This document shows positions 1 to 10,305 of a stretch of 42,188 nt of DNA, in pieces. The stretch is from a virus (lineage: Duplodnaviria > Caudoviricetes): IMG/VR virus record IMGVR_UViG_3300048577_000526, positions 1 through 42,188 of that record; one strand, written 5' to 3'. Both the position numbers and the translations under genes were made by a program. Position 1 is the first letter of the stretch, and the number at the start of each line of letters is the position of its first letter. The notes under the pieces were generated by a model, which had not been told where the DNA came from, searched no databases, and saw nothing but the letters and a program-made list of their open reading frames with translations.

Positions 1-3000
1 ATGCTATCCGCAATTTTCGTCGACCGACCGCGCCTCGCCATCGTTATCGCCATCGTCACGCTGATCGGTGGTCTGCTGTCGCTGTTCGTCATTCCTGTCG
101 CACAATATCCTGACATCGTGCCCCCGCAGGTATCGGTGACGACGAGCTATCCGGGGGCCGCCGCGGCCATCGTCGACGCCACCGTGGCGCAGCCGATCGA
201 GGCGCAGGCGGTCGGCGTCGACAAGATGATGTATATGAAAAGTGTCAGCGGGAACGACGGCAGTTATTCCCTCGTTGCGTCTTTCGAACTGGGCACGGAT
301 CCCGACATCAATACGGTCAATCTGAACAACCGCGTCCAGGTGGCACTTTCAAAACTGCCGCAGGAAGTGCAGCGCCAGGGCGTCACGGTCAAGAAGAAGT
401 CTTCCGCCCTGCTTGCCGTGATCGCCGTCTATTCGCCCAAGAACACGCACGACCCCCTGTTCATATCCAACTATGTCACCATCAATCTGCTGGACCAGGT
501 CAAAAGCGCGCCAGGCGTCGGGGATGCATCTCTGTGGGGCCCCCAGGATTATGCGATGCGTGCCTGGCTGCGAACCGATCGTTTGACGGGCCTCGGCCTG
601 ACACCGGGCGATGTCATCAACGCGATCCAGGCGCAGAACGTGCAGGCCGCGGTCGGACGAATCGGCGCACGCCCTATCTCCAATGATCAGCAGCTTCAGC
701 TCAACATTCAGTCCAAAGGGCGCCTCACCTCGGTCGAGGAGTTCAGCCAAATCGTCATTCGCACAAACACGGACGGCTCAGTGCTGCGGCTCGGCGATAT
801 CGCGCGACTGGAATTGGGAGCGGCGAGTCTCGACCGCGAAACCCGGTTCAACGGCAGCGCTTCCGCTGTCATGGCAATCTATCAAGCCCCCGGTGCGAAC
901 GCCATTTCGACGCTGGAAGGGGTCAAGGCTCGCTTGGCCGAGCTCGAAAAAACCTTCCCGGAGGATCTTGCCTGGAAGATCACCTATGACCCGACGACTT
1001 TCGTCAAGGCAACCGTGCACGAAGTGCAGAAGACATTGGTTGAGGCGTTCATTCTGGTCGTCGTGGTGGTCTATCTGTTCCTTGGCAGCGTGCGTGCAAC
1101 CCTGATTCCGGTTCTCGCGGTCCCGGTCAGCCTGGTCGGTGCTTTCATCGTTCTCAATGCGATCGGCTATTCTGCCAACTCGGTTTCCCTTCTGGCGGTC
1201 GTGCTCGCCATCGGCATCGTGGTCGATGACGCCATCGTCGTTGTGGAAAATGTCGAGCGCATCATGGAGGAAAATCCGGCGCTGAGTGCTGCTGATGCGA
1301 CGAAGAAGGCCATGGCGGAAATCACCGCGCCGATCATTGCCATCACATTGGTGCTGTTGTCGGTCTTCGTGCCGGTTGCCTTCATTCCCGGCATTTCCGG
1401 CGAACTCTTCCGGCAATTTGCGGTCACCGTGGCTGTCGCGATGTTCCTGTCGGGTATCAATGCACTGACGCTTTCGCCGGCCCTGTGCGGATTTCTCCTC
1501 AAGCGGCATCACGGACCACGTCGTGGTGTCATGAGCTATGTCATGCGTGGAATCGACTGGGTACGCGATGTCTATGGCGACATTGTCGCGCGCCTGGTGC
1601 GCGTTTCGCTGATCGGTCTTGTCGTGGCGCTTGTCGCTGGCGCGGGAACCGTCTTCGTCGGTGGGCTCACGCCGACCGGCTTCCTGCCGGAAGACGATCA
1701 GGGCGCACTTTTCGTTGTCGTCCAATTGCCGGAAGGCGCTTCCGTGCAGCGTACGACGGAAGTCATCGCCAGGACGGAGGACGTCCTGCGCAGCGAAGCG
1801 GCGGTCGAGGATTTTACTTCCGTCATCGGCCTCAACTTTATCGACAACTATTCGCAGGCAAACGCCGCCTTCATCGTCGTCACGCTGAAGCCGTTCGAAG
1901 ACCGCCTGGAACGGGATCTGCAGGCGCCGGCGATCATGGCGCGTCTGGCCGGCAAGTTCCGCGAAATCCGCGGTGGGGTGGTGGTGCCGCTGGCGCCGCC
2001 GCCGATCGTGGGCTTGGGGACGGGCGGCGGATTTACCTATGTGCTGAAGGATTTGCGGGGCGGCGATCCTAAAACGCTTGCTCAGGTGCTGCGCGGTTTG
2101 GTCGTTGCTGCCAATCAGGCGCCGCAGTTGCGCAACGTGTTCACAACCTTCTCAGCGACCAGCCCGTCGGTCTTTCTCGACATCGACCGCGACAAGGTGC
2201 AAGTGCTCGGCGTGGAACTCGACGCGGTGTTCCAGGCGCTCCAAGCCTATCTCGGCGGGTACTACGTCAACGATCTCAATCTGTTCGGTCGAACTTGGCA
2301 GGTGCAGATCCAGGCGGAGGCGGCCGATCGCGCAAAGGTCGACGATATCTATCAGATCAATGTGCGCAGCAAGGATGGCAAGATGATTCCGCTGCGCAGC
2401 CTGCTCGAGGTGCGCGTCGTAACGGGCCCGCCAGGTATCATCCGCTACAATAATGTGCGCGCCGTGACGATCCAGGGCAGCCCCGCTGCGGGAATCTCCT
2501 CGGGTCAGTCGCTGGCGGCCATGGAAGCGGTGGCTGCCAAGACACTGCCGCCGGGCTTTGCCGGCGAATGGACCGATACGGCATTCCAGGAGAAACGTGC
2601 CGAGGGCAAGACGGCCATGATCCTGGGCATGGCGGTACTCTTTGCTTATCTGTTTCTGGTGGCGCTCTATGAAAGTTGGACGATCCCGGTGCCGGTGCTT
2701 CTGTCGGTAACCGTCGGCGTCTTCGGTGCTTTCCTGGCCGTGATGCTGGCAGGCCTCACATTCGACCTCTACGCGCAGATCGGCCTGGTCGTGCTCATCG
2801 GCCTTGCGGCGAAGAACGGCATCCTGATCGTCGAATTCTCGAAGGAATTGCGGAGCCAAGGGCATCCGCTTCAGGCGGCGGCGACAGAGGGCGCTCGGTT
2901 GCGTTTCCGGCCCGTCATGATGACGTCATTTGCTTTTATCCTCGGCCTGTATCCGCTGGTGGTGGCGGTCGGTGCATCGGAACTCGCCCGCCGCGACGTT

Positions 3001-3171
3001 GGCACGCCCGTCTTTGGCGGCATGATCGCCGCCTCTTTTCTGGGCGTCTTTGTGATCCCGCCGCTCTACACGCTGTTTCAAAGGGTGCGTGAGAAACTGC
3101 GCCCATCAACGCGGCCCGCCCAAGAGATCGTACCGCCAGAGCCCACCGCGGCGGTGTTGCCGGACCCATAA
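1..3171 (+). CDS. RND efflux transporter permease subunit (AcrB/AcrD/AcrF, HAE1 family); host gene
   Basis: 1056 aa with family motifs: N-terminal '[21 protein letters not shown]', '[18 protein letters not shown]', '[13 protein letters not shown]' and '[15 protein letters not shown]'. Confidence 0.96.
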   Translation: MLSAIFVDRPRLAIVIAIVTLIGGLLSLFVIPVAQYPDIVPPQVSVTTSYPGAAAAIVDATVAQPIEAQAVGVDKMMYMKSVSGNDGSYSLVASFELGTDPDINTVNLNNRVQVALSKLPQEVQRQGVTVKKKSSALLAVIAVYSPKNTHDPLFISNYVTINLLDQVKSAPGVGDASLWGPQDYAMRAWLRTDRLTGLGLTPGDVINAIQAQNVQAAVGRIGARPISNDQQLQLNIQSKGRLTSVEEFSQIVIRTNTDGSVLRLGDIARLELGAASLDRETRFNGSASAVMAIYQAPGANAISTLEGVKARLAELEKTFPEDLAWKITYDPTTFVKATVHEVQKTLVEAFILVVVVVYLFLGSVRATLIPVLAVPVSLVGAFIVLNAIGYSANSVSLLAVVLAIGIVVDDAIVVVENVERIMEENPALSAADATKKAMAEITAPIIAITLVLLSVFVPVAFIPGISGELFRQFAVTVAVAMFLSGINALTLSPALCGFLLKRHHGPRRGVMSYVMRGIDWVRDVYGDIVARLVRVSLIGLVVALVAGAGTVFVGGLTPTGFLPEDDQGALFVVVQLPEGASVQRTTEVIARTEDVLRSEAAVEDFTSVIGLNFIDNYSQANAAFIVVTLKPFEDRLERDLQAPAIMARLAGKFREIRGGVVVPLAPPPIVGLGTGGGFTYVLKDLRGGDPKTLAQVLRGLVVAANQAPQLRNVFTTFSATSPSVFLDIDRDKVQVLGVELDAVFQALQAYLGGYYVNDLNLFGRTWQVQIQAEAADRAKVDDIYQINVRSKDGKMIPLRSLLEVRVVTGPPGIIRYNNVRAVTIQGSPAAGISSGQSLAAMEAVAAKTLPPGFAGEWTDTAFQEKRAEGKTAMILGMAVLFAYLFLVALYESWTIPVPVLLSVTVGVFGAFLAVMLAGLTFDLYAQIGLVVLIGLAAKNGILIVEFSKELRSQGHPLQAAATEGARLRFRPVMMTSFAFILGLYPLVVAVGASELARRDVGTPVFGGMIAASFLGVFVIPPLYTLFQRVREKLRPSTRPAQEIVPPEPTAAVLPDP

Positions 3172-3395
3172 GAACCCGAGAAGGGCGGCAAATCTCGACC
3201 ACGATCGGCAGGATTTCCCAACTCTGCCAATAGCTTCCATCAAGGCGGAGCGAGGAAATACAGCTATATTCAGAACGATTGACGCAGTTCCGGCAATGCA
3301 CTAAAAGCACCGCACGCAGGCGACGAATACAGAACGCGAACATCATAGATTGCCGTCGCTAGCTCCAAATAAGGCAACGCTTCCAGTTGCCCGAT

Positions 3396-3469
3396 TGGGG
3401 GATCGTCTAACGGTAGGACAGCGGACTCTGACTCCGCCAGTCTAGGTTCGAATCCTAGTCCCCCAGCCA
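3396..3469 (+). tRNA. tRNA-Gln (anticodon CTG); prophage integration target
   Basis: TGGGGGA acceptor stem pairs with TCCCCCA, followed by G-CCA. Anticodon arm is GCGGA-CT-CTG-AC-TCCGC; T-loop is GGTTCGAATCC. Length 74 nt. Confidence 0.96.
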
Positions 3470-3476
3470 GTTGATT

Positions 3477-4574
3477 TTATTGGGAAATTTCCGATTTCTG
3501 GCTAGACCCGGTTGGGCCGGTTTCCACTCCGGTTTCCAACTTCGTTCCGGCCTTGTGCCGCTCCAGCTTCGCGACGGCACTTTCCGCGAGTGCGGGATCT
3601 CGGTGCAGATAGTGGGCATCGAGGATGCTGCGCACGTCCTTCAAGCTGTGGCCCGTGATGGCGGAGATCTCCGCCTCGGTGCAGCCGGCGATTGCCAGCC
3701 GCGTGACGGCCGTGCCCCTGAGATCATGGAAGGTGAGGCCGACGATGCCGGCATTCGTGCAGGCCTTCCGCCAGCTCGACCGGAAGCCATCCTCGGTCCA
3801 CGGCCGCTTGTCCGTGCTGGTCAGAACGATCGGCCCGACCTTCGCGGCCTTGGCGGCATCAAGGGCAACCTTCAGAGGCGCGCCCACGGGGATGACTACG
3901 CGAGCGCCGTTCTTGCTCTGGCGCAGCCGGATCTTCTCGCCGTCATAGGCTGACCACGGCAGGCGCAGAAGGTCGCCCTGGCGCTGGCCGGTCCAAAGCG
4001 CCAGCAACAAGGGCAGATGCAGGTGAGCCGGCGCCACCTTCAGGAACGCGGCTTCGTCGTCGTCGCTCCAGACAAACTCGGCGCGGGTGCCACCATAAAG
4101 CCGGCCGGCCTTCTCGCAGGGATTGGCGTCAATCTTCTCGCGGTTGAGCGCCCAGGAGAGGATGCGGGCCAGCACCGTCCAGGCATAGTCGGCCTGCCGG
4201 TGGGATGCCTTCGCCAGCTTGTCGCGCCAGTCGAGCATTTCGCCGCGCGTCCCCTTCTCGGCGAGAGCCGCCAGTGGCAGATCTCCAAACTCCTTCTCGA
4301 TGATCTTGATCTTGCCGACATAGTCGGCGCGGGTGCGATCCGCGAGCTGCAGGAATTCCTGGCTCTGCTGATAGGCATCGATGATGGATTGCAGCATGCC
4401 GACGCCGGGCGTCTTGCGCGCCGAGATGGCCGCATTGTAGGCGGTCATGAATTCCGGCGAACCGGGTTCGCCTGGGAGCTTGGGGCCGCCGAGCCAGGCG
4501 TACCAATAGATCCGGATCGAACCGTCCGCGAGCCGCTTCCTGACCTTCTTAATTCCCTTGAGCTTTACGCGCAC
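3477..4574 (-). CDS. int: Tyrosine recombinase / phage integrase
   Basis: Catalytic motifs 'TGQRQGDL', 'FHDLRGT', 'ITGHS' and 'HY'. The likely start is GTG at 4574 (MRVKLKGIKKVRKRLADG), shorter than the ORF-track call. Confidence 0.93.
   Translation of the reverse strand: MRVKLKGIKKVRKRLADGSIRIYWYAWLGGPKLPGEPGSPEFMTAYNAAISARKTPGVGMLQSIIDAYQQSQEFLQLADRTRADYVGKIKIIEKEFGDLPLAALAEKGTRGEMLDWRDKLAKASHRQADYAWTVLARILSWALNREKIDANPCEKAGRLYGGTRAEFVWSDDDEAAFLKVAPAHLHLPLLLALWTGQRQGDLLRLPWSAYDGEKIRLRQSKNGARVVIPVGAPLKVALDAAKAAKVGPIVLTSTDKRPWTEDGFRSSWRKACTNAGIVGLTFHDLRGTAVTRLAIAGCTEAEISAITGHSLKDVRSILDAHYLHRDPALAESAVAKLERHKAGTKLETGVETGPTGSSQKSEISQ
3517..3538. repeat. Tandem 10-bp direct repeat CCGGTTTCCA; candidate integrase arm-type sites
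   Basis: CCGGTTTCCA at 3517-3526 and 3529-3538, about 50 bp from the tRNA end and inside the integrase 3' end. Confidence 0.5.
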
Positions 4575-4752
4575 GACCCGCTTTCCATTCCTCCAGCGCG
4601 CTCTTCGGCGCCGGCTCTGCCTTCCCGAGGATGACGATAATCTTGCCGGTCTCGGTGTCAATCTCGATGCGCGAAATGTCGGCGCCGGTGGCCTTCACGG
4701 CGTCGATCGCGCGCTTGACATCGGTCTTCCGGACGCGGCTGGCGGTTTTCAT
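4549..4752 (-). CDS. Small basic protein, probable excisionase / recombination directionality factor
   Basis: 67-aa basic ORF overlapping the integrase start and coupled to the upstream gene. The function is a positional inference. Confidence 0.55.
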   Translation of the reverse strand: MKTASRVRKTDVKRAIDAVKATGADISRIEIDTETGKIIVILGKAEPAPKSALEEWKAGRARKAQGN

Positions 4753-5162
4753 GCGGGCACATCAAAGAAGCCGAGCTGACCCTTCATCGGTCGGAAGGGC
4801 AGGGGTTTGGCGTTGCGAATGACGAGGCCAACGGGGCCAAAGAACCAAGGCGACGGGTGATGCCCGCGCACGACGTCAATGATATCGGCCTCACCGACGA
4901 TTCCGCCCATCATGGTTGCCTTAAATTCCTCGATCGACGGCATCTTCCAGCCGTCGGGAAATATCCTGAATCTTTCGGCGTGGCGCACGGTGTCGAGGCA
5001 ATCCTCGTATTCAGCTTTCGTCATGCCACTCGACGCATGAATCAGGAAGCGGCCGCGAAAGCGGATACCTGGATTTGATGGCTTCCAGCTTCTGTTCTCT
5101 ACATCCTTGTGAAGATTGAGAATGCACCAGCACCACGGCTGGCGGATCGAGAGGGCTTTCAT
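4749..5162 (-). CDS. ASCH domain protein
   Basis: 'MKALSIRQPW..KDVENRSW..RG..LIHAS' and C-terminal 'PLPFRPMKGQLGFF'. Confidence 0.88.
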   Translation of the reverse strand: MKALSIRQPWCWCILNLHKDVENRSWKPSNPGIRFRGRFLIHASSGMTKAEYEDCLDTVRHAERFRIFPDGWKMPSIEEFKATMMGGIVGEADIIDVVRGHHPSPWFFGPVGLVIRNAKPLPFRPMKGQLGFFDVPA

Positions 5163-6877
5163 AGCAGCGTCTCCTGCTCAGTCTGCGCCTTGGGATTGAG
5201 ATCATTTGCCGGCCGCGCTACGCCGTCCTTGCGCCTGGAGAGATAGCGCTTCACCAGTGTTTGGACGTGGCTGGCATCGGTATGGGTGCTCTGCAGGCCG
5301 GTTCCGGGATCGATGATGTGGGCGGCCTCGGAGGCCTTCAGGCCGAGAACCTCCATCATCGGAGGGTCGGAGCCATCGTCGACGACGAGGAAGATTGCGG
5401 TGACCGGGTCCTGCTGGCCTTCACGGTCGAGGCGGCCGATGCATTGCACGTGAACGCCGGGAGACCAGTCGAGCTCGCCAAACAGCATCGTCGAGCATCG
5501 ATATTGCAGGCCGTCGAGGCCGGCGCCGGACCGCAGCGAGAGAATCAGGATATCGGTCTCGCCTTCAACGAAACGCCGCTTCGCCTCGTCCTTCTGCTTT
5601 GATGTTTCAGTCCCGGTATACATTGCCGGCCGCAGATCCTGGAGCTCGGCGTTCCAGATGTCATAGACCTCGCGGTGCCAGCCAACGAGCACGATCGGCG
5701 ATCCACTTTCGACGATGATGCGGGCATAGGCCGCGACGGCTTTCGCCTTGTCGACGCCGGTTGCTTGCCGAACGCGGAGATCCAGCTCGCGCACGGCCCG
5801 CCCTCGTTCGGTGAATTCGCCCGTGGTGGCGCGAATGGCGAGGTCGCGCGCCAGCTCCTCGACGGATTTTAACTCGGCGCCGTCCGTATCGACCTTCTCG
5901 ACGATCCGATTCACGGCTGGCATCTGCTGACCGACGTCGCGCTTGGTACGGCGAAGGAAGGCGTATTGCTCGCGGAGAAATGTGCCGAGAGCGGCGGGGT
6001 CTACAATGTGGCCTGTCGGACACCACTCTCGAAAGAAATCCCAATAAGGCCCGAGCACGTCGGGGCGCAGATATTGCAGGATCTTCCAGATTTCCGTGCC
6101 GTAGTTGTAGATCGGGGTGGCCGTGAGGCCGAGGCGGTAACGAGCCACGCCGCAGATTGCAGCGGCGCCTTTGCCCTTCTCTGAGTCCTCGCCGCGACGC
6201 AACTCCTGCATCTCATCGAAGGCGATCAGGCCTGGCCGCATCTCCGAAAGATAGTGCCCCCAGCCCTGGAGCTGGGTGTATCGCATGACATAAACGTCGG
6301 CCGGCGGCAGAGAATAGGGTCGGGTCTTATGGATCGGCATCACGGTGAGCGTGAGCAGCGACGTCAGTACGCGCACCCACTGGCTCTGCAGGTGACCCTG
6401 GCAAACGATGATTGCCGGCAGGGCGCCCTCGATGAGGCAAGCACCTCCTGCCGTATAGGTCTTACCGAGGCCGACATCATCGCCCAACAGAAGGCCGCTG
6501 CAGCGCGCGAGCATTTCCACGGCCTGGGCTTGATAGGGCCGGATGGATTGGCCTCCGCGAAGCCCTACGCGAGCTGGCGGCTGGTAGTCGGGAACGAGGA
6601 TGCGTTCCATTTCCGCCTGATTGATGGCGAAGATCTCTCGCCGCCGCCCGAGCTCGGCCACGTCATCGTCGTTCGCTGCCAGCGGGTATCGCTGCAGGAA
6701 CCAAGCGATATCGGCCGAAAAGGCCGGCGTATTCGGAATCACGTAGGGCGGTTTGTCGCCCTTGCTGATGCGGGGGAAAATATGCTTCAGGCGGATGGCG
6801 ACATGCGGCTCGCAGGATTCGATGATCCAAACCTCGCCGTCCGAGCTGAGCTTCAGTTTTCCATAGGTGCGGCTCAT
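5159..6877 (-). CDS. SNF2-like SF2 helicase/ATPase
   Basis: Q motif 'RPYQ', Walker A 'DDVGLGKT', 'FDEMQ', 'LTATP', 'GAGLDGLQ' and 'QCIGRLDREGQ'. Confidence 0.9.
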   Translation of the reverse strand: MSRTYGKLKLSSDGEVWIIESCEPHVAIRLKHIFPRISKGDKPPYVIPNTPAFSADIAWFLQRYPLAANDDDVAELGRRREIFAINQAEMERILVPDYQPPARVGLRGGQSIRPYQAQAVEMLARCSGLLLGDDVGLGKTYTAGGACLIEGALPAIIVCQGHLQSQWVRVLTSLLTLTVMPIHKTRPYSLPPADVYVMRYTQLQGWGHYLSEMRPGLIAFDEMQELRRGEDSEKGKGAAAICGVARYRLGLTATPIYNYGTEIWKILQYLRPDVLGPYWDFFREWCPTGHIVDPAALGTFLREQYAFLRRTKRDVGQQMPAVNRIVEKVDTDGAELKSVEELARDLAIRATTGEFTERGRAVRELDLRVRQATGVDKAKAVAAYARIIVESGSPIVLVGWHREVYDIWNAELQDLRPAMYTGTETSKQKDEAKRRFVEGETDILILSLRSGAGLDGLQYRCSTMLFGELDWSPGVHVQCIGRLDREGQQDPVTAIFLVVDDGSDPPMMEVLGLKASEAAHIIDPGTGLQSTHTDASHVQTLVKRYLSRRKDGVARPANDLNPKAQTEQETLL

Positions 6878-7242
6878 AGCCAGGCCTGCCCCAACGAAAT
6901 GATGTGAATGGGCTTCCCGTCGATATCTGCGGGAAGATGGATAGCGGTTGCGGTGGCGAGAACCAGAGCGCGCACCGCGTCGTGCTTGGCGTACCGGCGG
7001 ATCTGCCGCTCGATTTCCCGGCGGCTGTAGCGGAGCTTCACCTCCAGGGCGATTCCGTCTGACAGAAGGAAATCGACAATGTCACCGGGCGCCAGCCGAT
7101 GCTCGCGCTGGAAATCGATGCCGGCGGTCTGGAGGGCTTCACCGATCTCTCGCTGCGTCGCCTTCTCATTGCTGAGATCAAGGCGCCGACCGGCGAGCGC
7201 AGCAGAAAGGCGCTTAACCCCATCGGCAAAGGCCTGGCTCAC
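6874..7242 (-). CDS. PD-(D/E)XK nuclease-fold protein
   Basis: 'E..IVDFLL..IALEVK..RQIRRY' pattern; coupled to the helicase by a 4-bp overlap. Confidence 0.6.
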   Translation of the reverse strand: MSQAFADGVKRLSAALAGRRLDLSNEKATQREIGEALQTAGIDFQREHRLAPGDIVDFLLSDGIALEVKLRYSRREIERQIRRYAKHDAVRALVLATATAIHLPADIDGKPIHIISLGQAWL

Positions 7243-7634
7243 CGCAATGTCTCCGCCTTGGCGGCCGTGCGATCGAGGCGCTCGATCTCGGCAATGAGCA
7301 GCGCGGCGGCGCGGATCAGGTTACGGCGCCGGTCCTTCGGCTTCCACCAGCCGAGCGACCATGGCCAAAAGGGGCGGCACTCGGACCAGATGCGATTGAA
7401 CCGGGCCTTGTCCAATTCGGCGAGCGCCGTGTTTTCCTCAAACTGACCGGCGATCGCATAGGCAATGGCCGCGCCGGTAAGCTCGCCCAGGTCGTGCTTG
7501 TCATCGTGCGAGGGCGACCAGCCTTCCTGCTGGATCTGGCGGACGCGCTCGGTCAGGACGTCGTTGAAGACGGTGTTGGTGAATTCGATCTGCTCGGCGA
7601 GATCCGCGGTCGAGACCGTGATGGTTTGAGCCAT
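7239..7634 (-). CDS. Conserved phage protein of unknown function (ERxRQ..EGW..HDD..WPW..WKP..AAAL..AEIERLDR family)
   Basis: Motif set recognised as common in phage early regions; coupled in the operon. Confidence 0.7.
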   Translation of the reverse strand: MAQTITVSTADLAEQIEFTNTVFNDVLTERVRQIQQEGWSPSHDDKHDLGELTGAAIAYAIAGQFEENTALAELDKARFNRIWSECRPFWPWSLGWWKPKDRRRNLIRAAALLIAEIERLDRTAAKAETLR

Positions 7635-7654
7635 GATAACCTCTCATGAAGAAG

Positions 7655-7669
7655 GCGAACGCCGTTCGC
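7655..7669. promoter_or_regulatory. 15-bp palindrome, copy 1 (GCGAACGCCGTTCGC); candidate ParB-binding site
   Basis: Perfect inverted repeat extending to AGGCGAACGCCGTTCGCCT (7653-7671), directly after the ssb stop. Confidence 0.6.
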
Positions 7670-8110
7670 CTAGAACGGGATGTCGTCGTCGAGATCGCCG
7701 CGACCGCCGCCGCCATTTCCGCCATAGTCGTCTTCTGAGTTGGCGCCGGGATCGCGCTCGGCTCGATCGAGCATGGTGACTTCGCCACGGAAGCGCTGCA
7801 GGACAACCTCGGTTGTGTATTTCTCGTTGCCGGACTGATCGGTCCATTTGCGGGTCTGAAGCTGACCCTCGACATAGATCTTCGAGCCTTTCTTCAGCCA
7901 CTTTTCGGCTACGTCGACGAGGCGCTCATTGAAAATGACGATGCGGTGCCACTCGGTCTTTTCCTTGCGCTCGCCGCTGTTCTTGTCCTTCCAGCTCTCC
8001 GACGTGGCGAGCGAGAGGGTCGCAACCTTCGTGCCGTCCTGGGTCGAGCGGATCTCGGGGTCGCGGCCGAGATTGCCGAGGAGGATGACCTTGTTCACGC
8101 TGCCGGCCAT
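7670..8110 (-). CDS. ssb: Single-stranded DNA-binding protein
   Basis: '[40 protein letters not shown]' and acidic tail 'DDDIPF'. Confidence 0.96.
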   Translation of the reverse strand: MAGSVNKVILLGNLGRDPEIRSTQDGTKVATLSLATSESWKDKNSGERKEKTEWHRIVIFNERLVDVAEKWLKKGSKIYVEGQLQTRKWTDQSGNEKYTTEVVLQRFRGEVTMLDRAERDPGANSEDDYGGNGGGGRGDLDDDIPF

Positions 8111-9024
8111 TACTCGGCCTCCTTCTGTTTGCGGGCGGATGCATCCGACACGGTTTCACCCGGTCGGATCTCGACGATGGCCTTCTGCAGCTTGGCGATG
8201 ACATCAGCGACGTGGCCGAAGTTGCAGCGCAAAAGATGTTGAGTGGTCTCGCCGATCGACAGAAGCGGCTCCACGATGGAGAGCAGCTCTTCATGCGCAG
8301 CGCGCTGCACGATGTCGGCAGGTTCCTCGACCTCGTGGTACATAAGCGCCAGTGACGCATGGGCCTCGGCGTTGGAATCGACGGTGGTTCCGCCACGAGG
8401 CATCCAGCCTTGGCCGCAGATCAGATCATGCGCGAAGCCGACAACGGCTCTGGCCGGTCCCCAGGGATCAGCGATGCGAGCAGGCAACGGTTCGGGCGGC
8501 GGATTCTCCCAGGGCGGCGATCCTGGCATGAGGTCGCGCAGCTCGGTCGCGAGCAGCAGCATGTCGGCGTCGTGGATCGCGGCCTCGATATCCTCGGGAA
8601 CGGTGGGGCAAAGCCCGAACGCCAGATAGATGGCTCGGTCGATCGGCCCAGTGATGAGCTTGGCGACGTTGTCGCCCTGAGCCACTTGCTTCAAGGCCAA
8701 TTTGAGCGGCGCCGAGAAGTCGCCGACATACGCCTCATGCGCGTCGTGCAGCAGGGCATAGAGATAGGCGTCCTTGTCATCCGGCATGCGCTCACGCACG
8801 AGGCTCGCGACCCGGCAGGAGTGCTCCGCCACGGAATAGAAGCGGGAGGTGTGCCCGGTCCAGCGGCAGAGATGGCCGAGGCCATAGGCGATGTCGCGCC
8901 AGTCGACCATCTCGGCCGTCGGCACGAGCAGCTCAAAGGCAATGCCGTGGCGGGTGGCAATCCAGGGGCCGCGCGGAGCCGGGATCACGAGCTTTTCGCC
9001 CGGCATCAGGTGGGCAGTCTCCAT
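8110..9024 (-). CDS. HD-domain phosphohydrolase (YfbR/YfdR-like) with a C-terminal extension
   Basis: '[45 protein letters not shown]'; about 100 extra C-terminal residues. Confidence 0.85.
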   Translation of the reverse strand: METAHLMPGEKLVIPAPRGPWIATRHGIAFELLVPTAEMVDWRDIAYGLGHLCRWTGHTSRFYSVAEHSCRVASLVRERMPDDKDAYLYALLHDAHEAYVGDFSAPLKLALKQVAQGDNVAKLITGPIDRAIYLAFGLCPTVPEDIEAAIHDADMLLLATELRDLMPGSPPWENPPPEPLPARIADPWGPARAVVGFAHDLICGQGWMPRGGTTVDSNAEAHASLALMYHEVEEPADIVQRAAHEELLSIVEPLLSIGETTQHLLRCNFGHVADVIAKLQKAIVEIRPGETVSDASARKQKEAE

Positions 9025-9152
9025 TACAAACCTCTCAGGAAGACGCCGCTGGCGATCGCCAGGGCGGCAAGGATGAAGGCGAGGGCGGTCCAGCCCAGGC
9101 CGGTCAGGGGAATGCGCCGGTTGATGGCGCGGCGGATTGGCGAAACGGGCAT
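9024..9152 (-). CDS. Small single-TM membrane peptide (42 aa); not in the ORF track
   Basis: MPVSPIRRAINRRIPLTGLGWTALAFILAALAIASGVFLRGL. Its TAA overlaps the next ATG (TAATG) and it fills the gap in the operon. Confidence 0.65.
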   Translation of the reverse strand: MPVSPIRRAINRRIPLTGLGWTALAFILAALAIASGVFLRGL

Positions 9153-9162
9153 GGCCTGGCCC

Positions 9163-10305
9163 TCAGATCCGCAACGGCATGACGACACGCGTCAGGCCGG
9201 GATTGGCGGGATAGGTCAACAGGTACGGCGACACGGCATCGCCGTAGGAGAGGGTCGCGACGTCGCCATCCGCCGCCTCCAATGCCGAGATGAAATAGGC
9301 GCCGTTAACGCCGAGCTGCACGGGCTGGGTCGGACCCTGGATCTCGATCTCGTCCTTCGCGATCTCGGCCGCGCTGGGGCCGGTCGAGACGGCAAGGGTT
9401 CCGCTATCCAGGCTCATGCGGATCGCGCGGTCCTTGCGCTTCTCGTCGCGGCCGGTGAAGCCGACGATGCGGGAAACGAGGCCGCGAGCCTCTTCCATCG
9501 GCAGGTCGACCTTCTGCTCATAGCGAGCTGGGATCACGCGGCGGTAATCGGGGAAATTCCCGTCGATCAGCTTCGTGGTAAAGGTGACATCGCCCCAGGC
9601 AAAGGTGATCAGGCTGTGAGAAGCCGTGATCTCCAGGGCGCTATCGGCCGGCAGCAGGCGCTGCAAATGCGCCACGGCCGCGCGGGGCAGGATGATGCCC
9701 GGCGCGATCTTCGACCAGCTCTCGACGGTCTCGGCGTCGGTTTCCTGAATCAGGTGCGTCAGGCGGTGCCCATCCGTGGCCACGAAGTGGAGCCGCGCCT
9801 TGTCCTTCTCAATGTCGGCATGAATGTAGATGCCGTTGAGGTAATACCGGGTCTCTTCGGTCGAAATGCACATGAAACATGCATTGAACGCGCGGATGAT
9901 GGTGCTCGACGCGATGGCAAACAGGCACTCGTTCTTCGCCGCCTTCAGGGCCGGAAACTCCTCCACCGGCAGCAAGTCCAGGCGATAGCGCGCTCGGCCG
10001 ACCTTGACGCTGGCGGCGGTCTCGGCGGCGGCGAAGGAGATCTGGCTGCCTTCCGGGCTGATTGCGGCGATGCGGGCGAGATCGGCCGCGTTGACGCACG
10101 TGGCACCGCCTTCTTCCGGCGCCACATCGACGGCGAGCGTCATGAAGATATCCATGTCGGTTGCCGAAATGGACAGGCGCCCATTCTCGGCCGCGAGCTT
10201 GACGCAGGACAGGATCGGGATGGTGGTCGACGCCTTCACGACCTTGGCCAGGGCGGACATGGCACCGTGCAGCGTCTCGCGTTCAATGGTGAATTTTAGG
10301 CTCAT
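9163..10305 (-). CDS. dnaN: DNA polymerase III beta sliding clamp (phage-encoded)
   Basis: 380 aa with 'PILSCVKL..SATDMD', 'EETRYYLNGIY', 'VATDGHRL', 'KLIDGNFPDYRRVIP' and 'VVMPLRI'. Confidence 0.93.
   Translation of the reverse strand: MSLKFTIERETLHGAMSALAKVVKASTTIPILSCVKLAAENGRLSISATDMDIFMTLAVDVAPEEGGATCVNAADLARIAAISPEGSQISFAAAETAASVKVGRARYRLDLLPVEEFPALKAAKNECLFAIASSTIIRAFNACFMCISTEETRYYLNGIYIHADIEKDKARLHFVATDGHRLTHLIQETDAETVESWSKIAPGIILPRAAVAHLQRLLPADSALEITASHSLITFAWGDVTFTTKLIDGNFPDYRRVIPARYEQKVDLPMEEARGLVSRIVGFTGRDEKRKDRAIRMSLDSGTLAVSTGPSAAEIAKDEIEIQGPTQPVQLGVNGAYFISALEAADGDVATLSYGDAVSPYLLTYPANPGLTRVVMPLRI

Noticed and set aside
4575-4661. N-terminal extension of the integrase
   Set aside because: It overlaps the Xis-like gene and is low-complexity; the GTG at 4574 gives a typical N-terminus.
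8110-9024. DatZ / Z-genome (2-aminoadenine) pathway
   Set aside because: No PurZ or phage DNA polymerase is in the window; HD hydrolases of this type are common in temperate phages.
8359-10299. 646-aa plus-strand ORF
   Set aside because: Antisense shadow of dnaN and the HD gene in high-GC DNA; no recognisable motifs.
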